Counted from the stretch's first letter, positions 42,707-54,247 are shown. The stretch is 64,000 nucleotides of DNA from an uncultured Chloroflexia bacterium (GCA_963765765.1 CAVXYC010000030.1:254916-318915), one strand, 5' to 3'. Notes: generated from the letters alone by a model not told the origin. Program-made: numbers and translations.

Positions 42707-43825
42707 CAGGATAACACGGGTGGGACGGCATTTCCGGCCACCGAATTTCGCCATATTTCCAGGATGCTAGCGGCAATTCTGTCAGGTCCATGCTCCACAT
42801 CCCGGAGACGCGCCGCGGTGAATTCCGCGTATCGATCGTAGACATCCTGTACCGCACCACAGAGATTTCGCGGCAGGTCGCAATAGAGTCCCAATCCGCG
42901 ATCAACAACGAAGTCGACGTTCCCGCGCTCTTGCATGCCGACCCAGCTCGTGATGATGAGCGGCCGTCCTGCTGCCGCGGCCTCCATGATCGTGACGGGT
43001 CCCGCCTTGGTGACTACGAGATCGCTCTCCGCCATGAGCTCTGGAACGTTATCCACGAATCCATGCACTTCGATATTTTCTCTTTGCCAGGCGGCGATAG
43101 TCCGTTCGAGCCGTAGATTCCGTCCGCAAACCACCACAATACGGTGGTCCGGCAATCCTCTGGAGAGGATGTCGGCGATACGATCAACAAATCCGGTACC
43201 CGCTCCACCACCGATCACCAGTAACCCATGGCGTTCTGGGTCAGGGTCATGCATCTCGAGCCGGCTCTGAGTCGATGGGGAATCCCAGCATCTCCACCCG
43301 CGGTCGGTATGAGGCTAATTGCATGCATAGCTCCGCGTAAGAAACCATCTCGTCCGTCGGCACATACACCGTATGCAGTTGAGGATCGAACCACAGACGG
43401 TGCGGCGCGCCGAGATCCGAGACGACCATGACGAACGGTGGCAGCGACCGTGGGTCGATCGATACCGTCCCCGGTGAGAGAAAATGGTGCGTGCTCACGA
43501 TGAGGTCGGGAGCCTGTTCACGGATGATGCGTGCGAGAGAGCGGCCATACGTCTGGCGGATGAACCTGCGCACGGCCGTAACCGTGCGCAACCTATTGCT
43601 CGCCCGATATCCGACGTTGTAGACGCCGATGAGCGTGGTTGTGAGCGTCAGGAATGACCGGGCGGGGTCCACCCGGAGCCCGAGATCCGTCTGCTCCAAC
43701 CCATCCACAACCGTAATTTCGCTGTCTGGCTCAAGCGTCAGGAGATGGTTCCGCAGTGTCTGCGCCACCCGACCATGACCGCCCCCTGTGCGCGATGAGA
43801 GGACGAGGATCCGTGGTCTCGCCAT
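42706..43825 (-). CDS. MGDG synthase/UgtP-like GT28 glycosyltransferase (frameshift near 43260)
   Basis: SRTGGGH, PDLIVSTH, VVSD..HRLW; then GGGAG, VCGRN, VTKAGPVTIME, QERGN. Confidence 0.88.
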
Positions 43826-44138
43826 GGCACCCTGAATACTACAGGGAGCATCAGGCGTGAGTGATCCGCATCCCGAGAGTAGGTTCTCCCAGACGGCGGC
43901 TCTGACGCGACGGAGAATCGAACCAGCCTCCGAGCCGCGCACGTGGGTAAGCGGATCCTCTCGCCTATCGCTGGTATTCGATTGGGTGAGAGGACCGCTT
44001 ACTCATCATGCCCTCCAGAGTCGTCGAGACTCCAACGATCCATATGATGGCGGCTCACAACACCGCGTGGCCGCGTGCACAGTGTCGTCGCCAGGTGTGG
44101 CTGCCGTACCATTCGCCGGAGCGGATCGAGGTAGCCTC

Positions 44139-44903
44139 ATGAATCTGTTCGACCTTACCGGTCGTGTCGCGCTTATCACTGGCGGGAATAGGGGCATTGG
44201 CCTGGCAATGGGTCGAGCCATGGCTCAGGCTGGCGCCGCCATTGTGATCTCAGGGCGCAGCGACGACCTCAATAAAGCCGCCGCGCGTGAGATCGAGTCG
44301 ATCGGCGCATCAGCGCTGCCCTTGGTCAACGACGTGAGCGATTCAGCTTCGTGCGCCACCCTAGTGAATGAAGCCGCGAGCTGGCGCGGCGGGTTGGACG
44401 TCCTGGTCAACAACGCCGGCACGAACCTCCGCAAGCCGCCCCAGGAGTACTCACTCGAGGAATGGCGATGGATTCTGGACACGAATCTCACCAGTGCATT
44501 CGCGTGCTCGCAGGCAGCGTACCCGCATTTTCAGGCGCGCGGAGGCGGGAAGATCATCAACACCGGCTCCATGTTCTCCCTCTTCGGGGCATCCTTCGCA
44601 GCCGCCTACGCGGCCAGTAAGGGTGGCATGGTGCAGATGTCAAAGGCCATGGCGTGCGCCTGGGCGTCGGAGAACATTCAGGTGAACGTCGTCCTGCCGG
44701 GTTGGATCGACACGCAGCTCACTCGACAGGCACGAATCGACGTCGATGGACTGCACGACCGCGTTGTCGCTCGCACTCCCGCTGGCCGCTGGGGCGAGCC
44801 CGATGACTTGGCCGGCATTGCCGTGTTCCTCGCCGGCCATGCCTCAGACTTCGTCAACGGTGCGGTGATCCCGGTCGACGGTGGTTATGCCGCGCAGGGC
44901 TGA
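44139..44903 (+). CDS. Classical SDR oxidoreductase (KduD/gluconate 5-dehydrogenase-like)
   Basis: TGGNRGIG, NNAG, YAASK, PGWIDT, VDGGY. Confidence 0.92.
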   Translation: MNLFDLTGRVALITGGNRGIGLAMGRAMAQAGAAIVISGRSDDLNKAAAREIESIGASALPLVNDVSDSASCATLVNEAASWRGGLDVLVNNAGTNLRKPPQEYSLEEWRWILDTNLTSAFACSQAAYPHFQARGGGKIINTGSMFSLFGASFAAAYAASKGGMVQMSKAMACAWASENIQVNVVLPGWIDTQLTRQARIDVDGLHDRVVARTPAGRWGEPDDLAGIAVFLAGHASDFVNGAVIPVDGGYAAQG

Positions 44904-44927
44904 TCTCTCGGGCTGCCCGCAGGCGAG

Positions 44928-45021
44928 CGCCCTCTCCCTGGGAGAGGGTTGGGGTGAGGGGCTCGCGATGGGGGATATCGCTCTACCCTCACCCGCGACC
45001 CTCTCCCAAAGGGCGAGGGAG
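44928..45021. repeat. REPIN-like family A element
   Basis: ccctctccctgggagagggttggggtgaggg ... ccctcacccgcgaccctctcccaaagggcgaggga. Confidence 0.8.
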
Positions 45022-45030
45022 CTTCCTAGC

Positions 45031-45408
45031 GTGGACTATCTCTGGGTAGGCCTGGGCGGTTTCATCGGCGCCAACGCTCGGTATGCCCTGGGTAGTCTTA
45101 TCGCCAATCGTTTTGGCGTCGAGTTCCCATGGCATACGCTGTTTATCAATCTCACGGGCAGTTTTCTCATCGGCGCAATCATGGCCGTGTTGGTGGATCG
45201 CTCGATGCTGGACTCAAGCCTTCGCCTGCTGATCGTCGTGGGCTTTCTGGGCGGCTACACCACGTTTTCGAGCTACACATTCGAGGCGATCACGCTCATC
45301 GAACGTGGGTACTGGACGCCGGCTCTCGCTTACATCCTCGCCAGTAACGTCGTCGGGCTCCTGGCCACCGTGGGGGGGATGGCTCTGGTACGAGCCACGG
45401 CGCGCTAA
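45031..45408 (+). CDS. crcB: Fluoride efflux channel CrcB/FluC
   Basis: GGFIGANARY, TLFINLTGSFLIG, GFLGGYTTFSSY. Confidence 0.95.
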   Translation: MDYLWVGLGGFIGANARYALGSLIANRFGVEFPWHTLFINLTGSFLIGAIMAVLVDRSMLDSSLRLLIVVGFLGGYTTFSSYTFEAITLIERGYWTPALAYILASNVVGLLATVGGMALVRATAR

Positions 45409-45418
45409 TCGGCTGCTG

Positions 45419-45887
45419 CTACTCGACGGCCGGCACAGTCGCCAGCTCTCCGAAGAAGCCGTCGCGATCGTCCTGTTGCTCGATCGCTTCGCCGGCAGTG
45501 CGAGCGAGCTCCACAAACCGTTGCGACTCCAGTCCATCACCCGCCACCGCGTGTCCCCGCGCCACCGCCTCGAAAGCAAACGCGAGATCGAAATCCGCGA
45601 TGCCCTCTGCTTGAATAACTTCCAGACTGCGGTAGGCGTGATAAAGCGCAGGCTCGGCGCGACCCAGCACCGCATAGACTCGCGAGATCTGCCAATCCCC
45701 ACGGGCAAGGTTCACCGGCTCGCCGATCACGCTCCAGTGATAGCGTGAGGCGTGCGCCGCGTTGATCATCTCATCGATCTCATCCTGGGTTCGTTCCTGC
45801 TGGTCCAACAGGTCCCAGACTCGATTAAACAGGTTCTACCGCGAACCGCCGATGGGTTGCCTCTTCAGAAGTATCGGGCGCGGGCAC
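45419..45887 (-). CDS. Hypothetical helical protein (frameshift near 45835)
   Basis: THRRFAVE/LFNRVWDLLD...AHASRYHW...RGDWQISRVY...FEAVAR. Confidence 0.7.
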
Positions 45888-45912
45888 AAGCAAGTTTCCC
45901 TTAGGGCTTCGA

Positions 45913-47658
45913 TCATCGGCTGACAGGCTGCGCGGGATACATCGACAGCGCCGAGCTAACGTCTTTGAACGTGTAGTCGAGCGAGGTCACCACGTCCACA
46001 ACGGCGGGCTCACCGCAGGCGATCGCTTCGGTCATAGTGGATGCAAAATCATCCGGACTCTCCACACGCCAGGACCTGCAGCCTATCGCGCGGGCAATTG
46101 CCGCGTGGTCGAACGGCCGAAACTCGGAAGCCACTTTGCGCTCGCCCTGTCCGTGATAGACCCATCCGAGCGCGGAATTATTGAAGACAACATTCACGAT
46201 CGCAATGTGGTCTTGAACGGCGCTCATTAGCCCGTTGAGCGCAATGCCAAAGCCGCCGTCACCACAGATGGCAATCGCGGCGCGCTCGGGATGCACGAGC
46301 TTCGCAGCCATCGCCGCTGGGATGGCGTAGCCCATGCCGCCCACAGCGGCCGGCTGCAAGTACTCCATGCCAGCCTTGGTTTTGAAGTGGTGCATCATGA
46401 ACAGGCGGTTCTCGCCGGCATCGCAGGTGATGATGGAGTCGGCCGGCACTGCATCGTGCAGGTCCTTGATCAGCCGTTGCGGAAGGATTGGCACGGCATC
46501 GGAGAAGGATTCCCGAACGTCGAAGGAAGCGTGCACCTCGTGGGCGTCGGCCACGCGCTGCTCTCCAGATTTGGTGGAGAGCTCACGCGACTCAATTTCG
46601 CTCATAAGCTGACCTAGCACCGCTTGCGCATCGCCGAGGAGTGAGACCTCGACCGGAATTGTCCACGACGCGTGTCGGGGCTCAACCTCAATCTGAATAA
46701 ATCGTTGCCGCACCGGATCGAGAAGAGTCGGGTTCTCGTTCGTAGTGTCGCTGGGCCCCAGTTTTGTTCCCACCGCAAGGACAACGTCAGCATCGGCCAC
46801 GATCGAGTTCGCGGCCTCGAGGCCGAAGTTGCCGAACACACCCAGTGCCAGCGGGTGCGTCTCAGGAAACACGCCCTTACCGGATCCGGTCGTGGCCACA
46901 GGAATTCCGAGTCGCTCGGCCAGCACAACCAGCTCCGCTTGAGCCTGACTCATCCGCACGCCGTTGCCGGCGATGATGACGGGTTGACTCGCCTCCGCCA
47001 GAATCTGGCCGGCGGCAGCGATCGATTCCGCGGATGCTCGTGTTCGCTCAGAGCGCACGTACGCTGATGTCGAATACAGCCGCGGAACGGTGTCTGGCCC
47101 AACACGCTGCATCAACGCCTCACTGTGGTAGAGGACCGCCACCGGACCGGGCTGCCCCGCAAGCGCATGCTTGATCGCGAGCTGCGTGTCCTGCACAGCG
47201 GCAGCCGGCTCTCGGGCCACGAATGTTTCCTTCGTATACCCGGAAATCACGCCGCGGGCGTCCCAGCTTCCATAGTCGCCGGTCCCTGATTGATAGGGTG
47301 CGTGATGCGAGAACGGCGATCCATCCGAAAGGTCGGAGAGTACCAGCATGGGCGTGCCGGCCAGGTAGGCCTCCACAATGCCCATGCCGGAATTGGTGAG
47401 CATGAACGCTGCTTGCCCCATGCACACTGCCGGTACGCCGGTGAGTCTGCCAACCACGTCCGCCATGACCGCTGCCAGGCCTTCCTCTCGGACAAGCACT
47501 GGCCGTACGGCATCACCGGACGTGTGAAGGGCATTCCAGATCGGAATCGTCCGGCCACCCGGCATGCCGATGACGAAGCGGACCCCGGCCTCCGTGAGCA
47601 CTCGCACAATGGCCTCGGGGACCCCAACGGTTTCAGAGAGCAGCGGCTGAATGCTCAT
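45913..47658 (-). CDS. Thiamine diphosphate-dependent enzyme (acetolactate synthase-like family)
   Basis: FVIGMPGG, VREE, GQPGPV, ThDP motif GDGGF...NN. Confidence 0.92.
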   Translation of the reverse strand: MSIQPLLSETVGVPEAIVRVLTEAGVRFVIGMPGGRTIPIWNALHTSGDAVRPVLVREEGLAAVMADVVGRLTGVPAVCMGQAAFMLTNSGMGIVEAYLAGTPMLVLSDLSDGSPFSHHAPYQSGTGDYGSWDARGVISGYTKETFVAREPAAAVQDTQLAIKHALAGQPGPVAVLYHSEALMQRVGPDTVPRLYSTSAYVRSERTRASAESIAAAGQILAEASQPVIIAGNGVRMSQAQAELVVLAERLGIPVATTGSGKGVFPETHPLALGVFGNFGLEAANSIVADADVVLAVGTKLGPSDTTNENPTLLDPVRQRFIQIEVEPRHASWTIPVEVSLLGDAQAVLGQLMSEIESRELSTKSGEQRVADAHEVHASFDVRESFSDAVPILPQRLIKDLHDAVPADSIITCDAGENRLFMMHHFKTKAGMEYLQPAAVGGMGYAIPAAMAAKLVHPERAAIAICGDGGFGIALNGLMSAVQDHIAIVNVVFNNSALGWVYHGQGERKVASEFRPFDHAAIARAIGCRSWRVESPDDFASTMTEAIACGEPAVVDVVTSLDYTFKDVSSALSMYPAQPVSR

Positions 47659-47831
47659 GGCGCCTCCTCGCGAACAACGGGGCCTATTCATACCATAGCC
47701 GGCGGACTGGGCTCACGCAGCGCACGTCACCCATCTCCGGCTGGAGCCCCACTCGCCAAAGCAGCCCGAAAACCCGCTACAGTGAATCATTCCCCCATGC
47801 AGTCGTCCTTGACACAGCGGCCATAGCGGCC

Positions 47832-49136
47832 GTGGCTGACACTTCCCCAGAACGTAAGCCGGACGGGTTCGCGGCACTCAAAGAGCCGTACGTCGGCGCC
47901 TTTACAGTCGGCCGAGCCCTTTCCAACATGTCCATGCAGGTGGTCTCAGTATCAGTCGGCTGGGATCTGTATGAGCGCACCGGTGACCCGTTGTCCCTGG
48001 GGCTCGTAGGAGCCGCACAGGTGGCCCCGGCGGTGCTGCTTATGTTGCTCGCCGGGAGCGTGACAGACCGATTCTCGCGGCGCAACATCGCGATGATCTC
48101 GGCCAGCATCATGGGTGTCAGCGCAGCTGGCCTGGCTTTCGTAACCTGGACTCGTGCACCCGTGGAAGCGGTGTACCTGCTGCTGATCATCGGCGGCGCG
48201 GCGCGCACCTTTTCCGTGCCGGCAGTCAACTCGATGCTCGCGCACATTCTCAAGCCAGAGCTTTTGGCCAGCGGCTATGCCTGGCTCGTGTCCTCATCTC
48301 AGCTTGCGAACATGACGGGTCCGGCAGCTGGCGGCTTTCTAATCGCGCTGACCGGAGGCGCGGCGCCTGCCTATATCGTCGCGGCCACCGCGCAATTCGT
48401 GTTTGTTGGCCTACTGTGCACGCTACCGCGAGCAGATCCCCCTCCAGGGATCTCGCGGCCCGGATTGTCGGACATATTTGGCGGTATCGGATTCATCCGC
48501 AGAAGCCCCGTGTTTCTGGCTGCGATTACGCTGGATCTATTCGCCGTGCTGTTCGGCGGCGCCATCGCGCTTCTGCCTGTGTTCGCGAAGGACGTGCTCA
48601 GACGCGGGCCGTCCGGTCTGGGTCTCTTGCGATCATCTCCAGCCGTTGGCGCGGTTCTAACAACATTCGCTCTGACTCGCATTCCGCCCTGGCGCAGGCC
48701 GGGAGTGGTGATGCTTATCACCGTGGCCATCTGGGGTGCCGCCATCGTCGGTTTCGGTCTTTCTCGGGAGCTATGGCTCTCAATGCTGTTCCTGTTCATC
48801 AGCGGTTGTTCAGACTCGATCAGTGTTGTCATCCGCGGCACTATTCAACAGGTCATGACGCCGAATCGACTACGCGGTCGGGTGGCAGCGGTGAACTCGC
48901 TGTTCATCAGCCTGTCGAATGAGCTGGGCGCCTTCCGCGCCGGCGCCATGGCCGCCGCTGTCGGTACCGTTTCGGCCGTAGTCATCGGCGGCGTCTGCAC
49001 CCTGGCCGTAGTCCCGGTTGTCGCGCTGACATTCCGCCAGCTCTTCAGTGTGGGACCCCTGCATACGCTGCGTCCGGACGATGAGGAGCCGGAGAAGCCT
49101 ACTGTCGCCCCAGTCGCTTCCTCCAAGCCCGCCTGA
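47832..49136 (+). CDS. MFS transporter (EntS/Tap-like)
   Basis: GSVTDRFSRR, TLDLFAVLFGGA, TPNRLRGRV, SNELG. Confidence 0.9.
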   Translation: MADTSPERKPDGFAALKEPYVGAFTVGRALSNMSMQVVSVSVGWDLYERTGDPLSLGLVGAAQVAPAVLLMLLAGSVTDRFSRRNIAMISASIMGVSAAGLAFVTWTRAPVEAVYLLLIIGGAARTFSVPAVNSMLAHILKPELLASGYAWLVSSSQLANMTGPAAGGFLIALTGGAAPAYIVAATAQFVFVGLLCTLPRADPPPGISRPGLSDIFGGIGFIRRSPVFLAAITLDLFAVLFGGAIALLPVFAKDVLRRGPSGLGLLRSSPAVGAVLTTFALTRIPPWRRPGVVMLITVAIWGAAIVGFGLSRELWLSMLFLFISGCSDSISVVIRGTIQQVMTPNRLRGRVAAVNSLFISLSNELGAFRAGAMAAAVGTVSAVVIGGVCTLAVVPVVALTFRQLFSVGPLHTLRPDDEEPEKPTVAPVASSKPA

Positions 49137-49193
49137 TCCCGTACTTGACAGAACCGCACCCTCACGGGATGCGGCTCTGTCGCTCACCCGCGT

Positions 49194-50063
49194 CTACGAC
49201 CGACCGGCGGATTTCCAGCGCAGCAATCGCTCCTCGGACCGATTGACGATCTCGTTGATGAGCAATCCCATGATCATTAGGATGAAGATCGCCGCGAACA
49301 ACCCCGCGGTATCGAATTGCCCCTGCGAGTGCATCAGCAAATAGCCGAGCCCCTTGTTAGAGGCCATGATCTCGCCAACGACGGCGCCGATGAGCGAATA
49401 CGGCACTGCCAGCTTTAGGCCCGTAAGAATCCATGGGCTGGCTGACGGCAGCACGATCTTGGTGAGTAGATCGCGCTGGCTTGCGCCCATCAGTCGAAAG
49501 ACGTCGATGACCTCCTGGTCAACGTCGCGTACGCCTGAGTAGGTGTTCAAGAACACCAGCAGGAACACCACCGTGGACACGAGCACGATCTTTGGCTCGA
49601 GTCCGATTCCGAACCAGAGGATGAAGAGTGGCGCGAGGGCCAGTTTCGGGATGCTATAGAAGGCCATGATGAAGGGATCGAAGATCCGCGCGAGGGCCCT
49701 GTTCTGGCCCAATAGAAAGCCGATCAGCACGCCGCCGACAGAGCCAATCACAAAGCCTATGGCCATCTCCTGGAGCGTGATGGCCATGTGGAACCAGAGT
49801 GTGCCTTTGGCAATCCAGTCAGCCAGGCGCGCCAGGATGTCTGAGGGCTGGCTCATCCAGAACTTGTCCACCAGCGCGAACTCGCCATCTCGGGTGCTAC
49901 CGGAAATGAGCTCCCAGATCGTGAGCATGCCAGCCAGGATGCCGATCCTGATGGCCGCAAGGCGCCAGCCGCTAGCAAAGGGCGGCGCTTCGGCCAGGGA
50001 GTCGTCTGCTGCGAGCCGCTCGTCGACAAAAATGTCGCCTTCAAGCGCCCTTGTCGTTGCCAT
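49194..50063 (-). CDS. NitT/TauT-family ABC permease
   Basis: PKLALAPLFILWFG, MGAS, GAVVGE, GLGYL. Confidence 0.93.
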   Translation of the reverse strand: MATTRALEGDIFVDERLAADDSLAEAPPFASGWRLAAIRIGILAGMLTIWELISGSTRDGEFALVDKFWMSQPSDILARLADWIAKGTLWFHMAITLQEMAIGFVIGSVGGVLIGFLLGQNRALARIFDPFIMAFYSIPKLALAPLFILWFGIGLEPKIVLVSTVVFLLVFLNTYSGVRDVDQEVIDVFRLMGASQRDLLTKIVLPSASPWILTGLKLAVPYSLIGAVVGEIMASNKGLGYLLMHSQGQFDTAGLFAAIFILMIMGLLINEIVNRSEERLLRWKSAGRS

Positions 50064-50065
50064 GG

Positions 50066-50854
50066 CTACACATCCTCCCCGTGGCGTATGTCGTCTTCCA
50101 GCGCCGACCAGAGCAGCTCGTGAAGCTCCCCAAAGCGCGGGGTGAAGCGCACTTTGAACACGTCGCGCGGGCGCGGGAGATCGATCTTCTGTATCAGTTT
50201 AATTCGACCTGGTCGACTGGACATGACCACCACTCGGTCGGCCAGTGTGATGGCTTCGGTCAAGTCATGGGTGACGAATAGGATCGTTTTCTGGGAGCGC
50301 TCCCACAGCTTGAGCAGCTCTCCCTGGAGAATGAGCTTGAGCTGCGCGTCCAGCGCTCCAAATGGCTCATCCATCAGGAGTGTTTCCGGGTCGTAGATCA
50401 GCGTTCGAGCCAGGGCGACGCGCTTGCGCATACCGCCCGAGAGCTCGGCGGGATAATGTTTCTCGAAGCCCTCCAGGCCAACCATGTGCACATACTCGCG
50501 GACAAGCTGGGCTCGCTTCTGACCGTCAACGCCCTGAATCTCCAACGCAACGCCGATGTTTGCATCGACGCTGCGCCAGGGCAGCAGGCTATCCCGCTGG
50601 GTCATGTAGCCTACGCGGCGATTGACCTCGGTGATCCGCTCGCCGTCATACTCGACGTCTCCGGCCGATGGCTTCATCAGACCGGCGGACATGTTGAGGA
50701 GCGTTGTCTTCCCGCACCCAGACGGGCCGACGACCGCGACGAACTCGCCCTTCTCGATCTCCAGCGAAACGTGATGGCAGGCTAGTACGGCCGTACTGTT
50801 GCGATAGAACTGCTTGGAGACGTCCTTGAATTCAATGAGAGTCGGTGCGGACAT
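50066..50854 (-). CDS. NitT/TauT-family ABC ATP-binding protein
   Basis: GPSGCGKTT, LSGGMRKR, LMDEPFGALD, LPRPR. Confidence 0.94.
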   Translation of the reverse strand: MSAPTLIEFKDVSKQFYRNSTAVLACHHVSLEIEKGEFVAVVGPSGCGKTTLLNMSAGLMKPSAGDVEYDGERITEVNRRVGYMTQRDSLLPWRSVDANIGVALEIQGVDGQKRAQLVREYVHMVGLEGFEKHYPAELSGGMRKRVALARTLIYDPETLLMDEPFGALDAQLKLILQGELLKLWERSQKTILFVTHDLTEAITLADRVVVMSSRPGRIKLIQKIDLPRPRDVFKVRFTPRFGELHELLWSALEDDIRHGEDV

Positions 50855-50862
50855 GACACTCA

Positions 50863-52050
50863 CTATCGAGCCATTTCGGGCCGCACAATCTCCACGAACC
50901 GGTTGGTGCTGAGCTGCTCGGCTGTCACCTTCAGCTCCCGTTTCTCGATCGTACCGAGATAACTGGTGAGCGAGAGGGCTCGTTCGGGCGTGATCGCGGG
51001 ATCGTCCGTGAACGCCTGCAGCTGACTCTTCCAGGCCAGCTCGAAGACCTTTGGATCCGTCTCCGCCCATGCTTCGCGGCGCACGATCTCGCCAGCCTCC
51101 TGCTCGTTGTCCCGGATGAAGATCAGCGATTTCCAGATCGCCCGGGTAGCAGCCGTGGCCTTTTCAGGATTGGCGTCAAGCCACTTGCCGGTTGCCCACA
51201 TACCCGTTTGAAGCTGGTTACGGAGCGCCTCGACCTCCCCTTTGCCAGTCAATATGACCGCCACGGCGTCGTGCTGCAGCAGCGCCGTCTCGGTGCTCGG
51301 GGATGACAGCGAGGCGCCATCGGCGACACCCTGCGCGTATGCCGCCAGTGAGTTCACAACCGAACCCGTCGTCAGGATCTCCACGTCGCGCTCGGGGTCT
51401 ACACCGTGGGCCGCCAGCAGATAGCGCAGCATCGTGTCGGTCCCGCTGCCGGGCGTTGAGATGGCCAACTTCAGGCCTTTGAGCGCCTTGATCCTGTCGC
51501 CCGCGGGCATGCTGTCGCTAATCCCAAGACGCTCCGCCACCGCCCGTCTCACGATCAGCCCAGTAGTAGGCCTGGTGGTGAAACCAGCGATAGTCTTGAT
51601 GTCCTGGCCTTTTTCCACCGCGCCCACAACGTCGGCGAGGTCCGTAGCACCGAGCTGTGCACTGTTCCCGACGACCGCGGCCGCTGCCTTGCTGCCCGAG
51701 CCCGGCGTTGACGATCTCAACATCCAGCCCGGCCTCTTTGAAGAAGCCCTTCTTATCGGCAATGATGATCGGCGAGAAACCGAGCGATTGGCTTGGAATA
51801 GCTAGTACAACCTGGCCCAAGCGATACGGGAGCCTTCACGGCCGGCTCAGCGGGTTTCGCCGCGGCCGGTTCGGCTGGCTTGGCAGCGGCTGGCTCAGCC
51901 GCCTTAGCGGCCGGCGCGGCCGTCGGATCGGCGGACTTAACGGCAGGCTGACTGGGTGCCGCCGCGCGGCGGCGCGCTGCACGCGCTCAGGACGAGTAGT
52001 CCGCCAATGGCCGCGGGAATCCATGGTGAGATGGTGAACAACGAACGCAT
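50863..52050 (-). CDS. NitT/TauT-family lipoprotein substrate-binding protein (frameshift near 51700)
   Basis: MRSLFTISPWIPAAIGGLLVLSAC lipobox, IADKKGFFKEAGLDVE, LKGLKLAISTPGSGTD. Confidence 0.87.
51844..51915 (-). repeat. Three imperfect 24-nt coding tandem repeats (AAAKPAEP linker)
   Basis: Encodes PAAKAAEP-AAAKPAEP-AAAKPAEP after the lipobox. Confidence 0.7.
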
Positions 52051-52062
52051 GGACGTGCCTCC

Positions 52063-53051
52063 TCATGCCCCATTGCAGATTGGGCAGATGAACTTAGACT
52101 GTTTGAGCTCCCTGTGCGAGCTGATACTTTGCCAGGGCGTCATCGGAGAGATACTTTTCCTCGAGCGCGCGCAGCTCACCGCGCGCCGACCAGGTCCGGG
52201 AATGCCGCGATCACCCGCGAACGGAATGTCCGGGTGGCTCGCCTGAAATTCGAACCAGGCTTCCATGCCCCGTTCGGCAAAGCTCGTGCATGAACTCCCA
52301 GCAGGCGGACTTCAAGACCTCATCGGGCAGGAACGTGTACCAGGCGACGTTCAAGCCTAGCTCGGCATGCTCTGGGAGCGTCAGTGGCTTCGCGAGCCGA
52401 CCCTGCATCACGGAGAGCACGCCCGGTACGGCCGCGCGCACCTGCTTCACCTCGTCCACGGAGTGCGGCGATTCGAATTGGACCCAGTCCACGCCAGCCA
52501 CTTCGCGATAGATATTCAGTCGCTCGATAAGCGTGTCGAATCCGCCATTGGCTGCGTCTCGCGCATAGCACTGGGCCATGACCACGAAATCCGGGTCCAG
52601 CTCGTTCCGAGCATCGATTGCCGCGCGGTAGCGGGCTACCGCCTGCTCCGGCGAGACGATCTCCAGCCCTGCCATCTGGGTGCTGCGTTTGCCTTCGATC
52701 GGCTGATCGTCCAGGCGAATGCCGGCAATGCCAGCCCGGATGCACTCGTGGACGAGCCGTCGCACCGCGGTGACTCCGCCGTGTCCGGTGTCGCCGTCCA
52801 GAATGAGTGGGAAATTCACCGCCCGGGCAATGTATCCACCGAAAGTCACGCACTCCGTCGCCGAAAGCACGCCGGTGTCGGGAAGGCCCGTGTAATTCCC
52901 GCCGGTGATGCTGGTGCCGATGAAGGCCGCTTCGCACCCCGCCGCCTCCATGATCTTCCCGTGATACGCGTTCGGCGTTCCTAGCACCGCCAGCACTTTG
53001 TCTCGGCGCTGAATGAGCTGCTTGAGTCGAGTGGTTGCTACGCTCTGCCAT
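52063..53051 (-). CDS. Isocitrate lyase/PEP mutase superfamily enzyme with atypical active-site loop (frameshifts near 53040 and 52270)
   Basis: GLPDTG, DGDTGHGG, RLDDQ, KRSTQ in place of KRCGH, FESP. Confidence 0.87.
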
Positions 53052-53055
53052 GGCG

Positions 53056-54247
53056 CTAGCCCGCCACCGTTCTGGAGGGAGACGGCTCTGGAATCGCATC
53101 GGCGGGGAACCGTCTATAGAACTGCCACCGCGTTGTCCCAGAACAGCTTCCGCTTCAGCTCATCCGGCATGTCCCAGTCCATCACCGTCTCGACGGACTT
53201 AGGAAACCAGCTCTCACCGTGTGGGTAGTCGGAGGCGTACATCAAGATTCCGTCGCCCAGAAGATCGATGACCGAGCGCGTCACGCCCGGCACCCTCGGA
53301 CATCTCGATGCTCTGGAAGTACCGACCGCTCTGGACGTATTCGCTCGGCTTGTGCCGAGCTCCGGAAGGGCCTCCGCGATCGACTCGGCATGCTCATCCA
53401 GTCGGTTGACCCAGAAAGGCAGCCAGCCGTGTCCCGCCTCCAGCACTCCAAGCCGCAGATTCGGGTATCGGTCCATCATGCCCGAGCCAAGCAATGAAGC
53501 CATGTTGCGCATGCCGCACCATGGGTGCGCGGCCGAGCGCTGCAGCCAGAGGTTGTCCCAGGTATCAAGGCCGCCCGGGGCGTACGGTGGCATGACCGTG
53601 AACGTGTGCAGCACGACCGACAGGTTTGCGTCCTGCGCGGCCGCCCAGTATGGCTCAAACTTCGGTAGATCTAGCGGAGTGCCGTACGGAGCATAGAGGA
53701 AAATGGCCTGCGCCCAGGCCTCGTTCGCGCAGCGACGCAGCTCGGCGAGTCCGCCCTCGATATCTCGAGCGGAGAGAAGGATGACACCCGTGAGGCGGTT
53801 CGGGTACTCGCCGCAATAGTCGGCCATCCAGCGGTGGTAGGCGCGATAGACAGACAGCTCAAAGTCGGTGTCATCAATCGTCGTCCAGCTACCAAACCAG
53901 CCGGACGGAAGGGTGAGATTGACGTCCACACCCTCGAAGTCCATGTCACTGATTCGCGCGGAAGCATCGCGATCGACATCCGGATGCGGGTCGCGCCCTT
54001 TGTGAGCGCCAGTGAATCCGCGCATGTACCCCTCAGCCGGTTGCGGCTCAGCCGTCCCCAGGCGACGCTCATACTTGCGTACCCCTACGGTGTAGGTCAC
54101 CTGGCCGGTGCGGGAGTTGACCGAGCGAAACTTCTCGTACTGTGGGAGCTTGGCCCGATCCGCCGCATCCATGTAGCGCTCGAGGACGTCCATGGACGGC
54201 CCCACGTGGGTATCCGAGTCGAAGATCCGAAAGCCGTTCTTTGCCAT
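53056..54247 (-). CDS. Amidohydrolase_2 family protein (several local frameshifts 53120-53350)
   Basis: FDSDTHV, RAYHRW, VLHTF, LEAGHGW, YASDYPH. Confidence 0.9.

Noticed and set aside
44960-45030. Fluoride riboswitch upstream of crcB (GCGATGGGGG...TCGC...TTCCTA)
   Set aside because: It lacks the AAYCGC and TRATGRC consensus elements, and the same segment occurs in the family A repeat at 32345, far from crcB.
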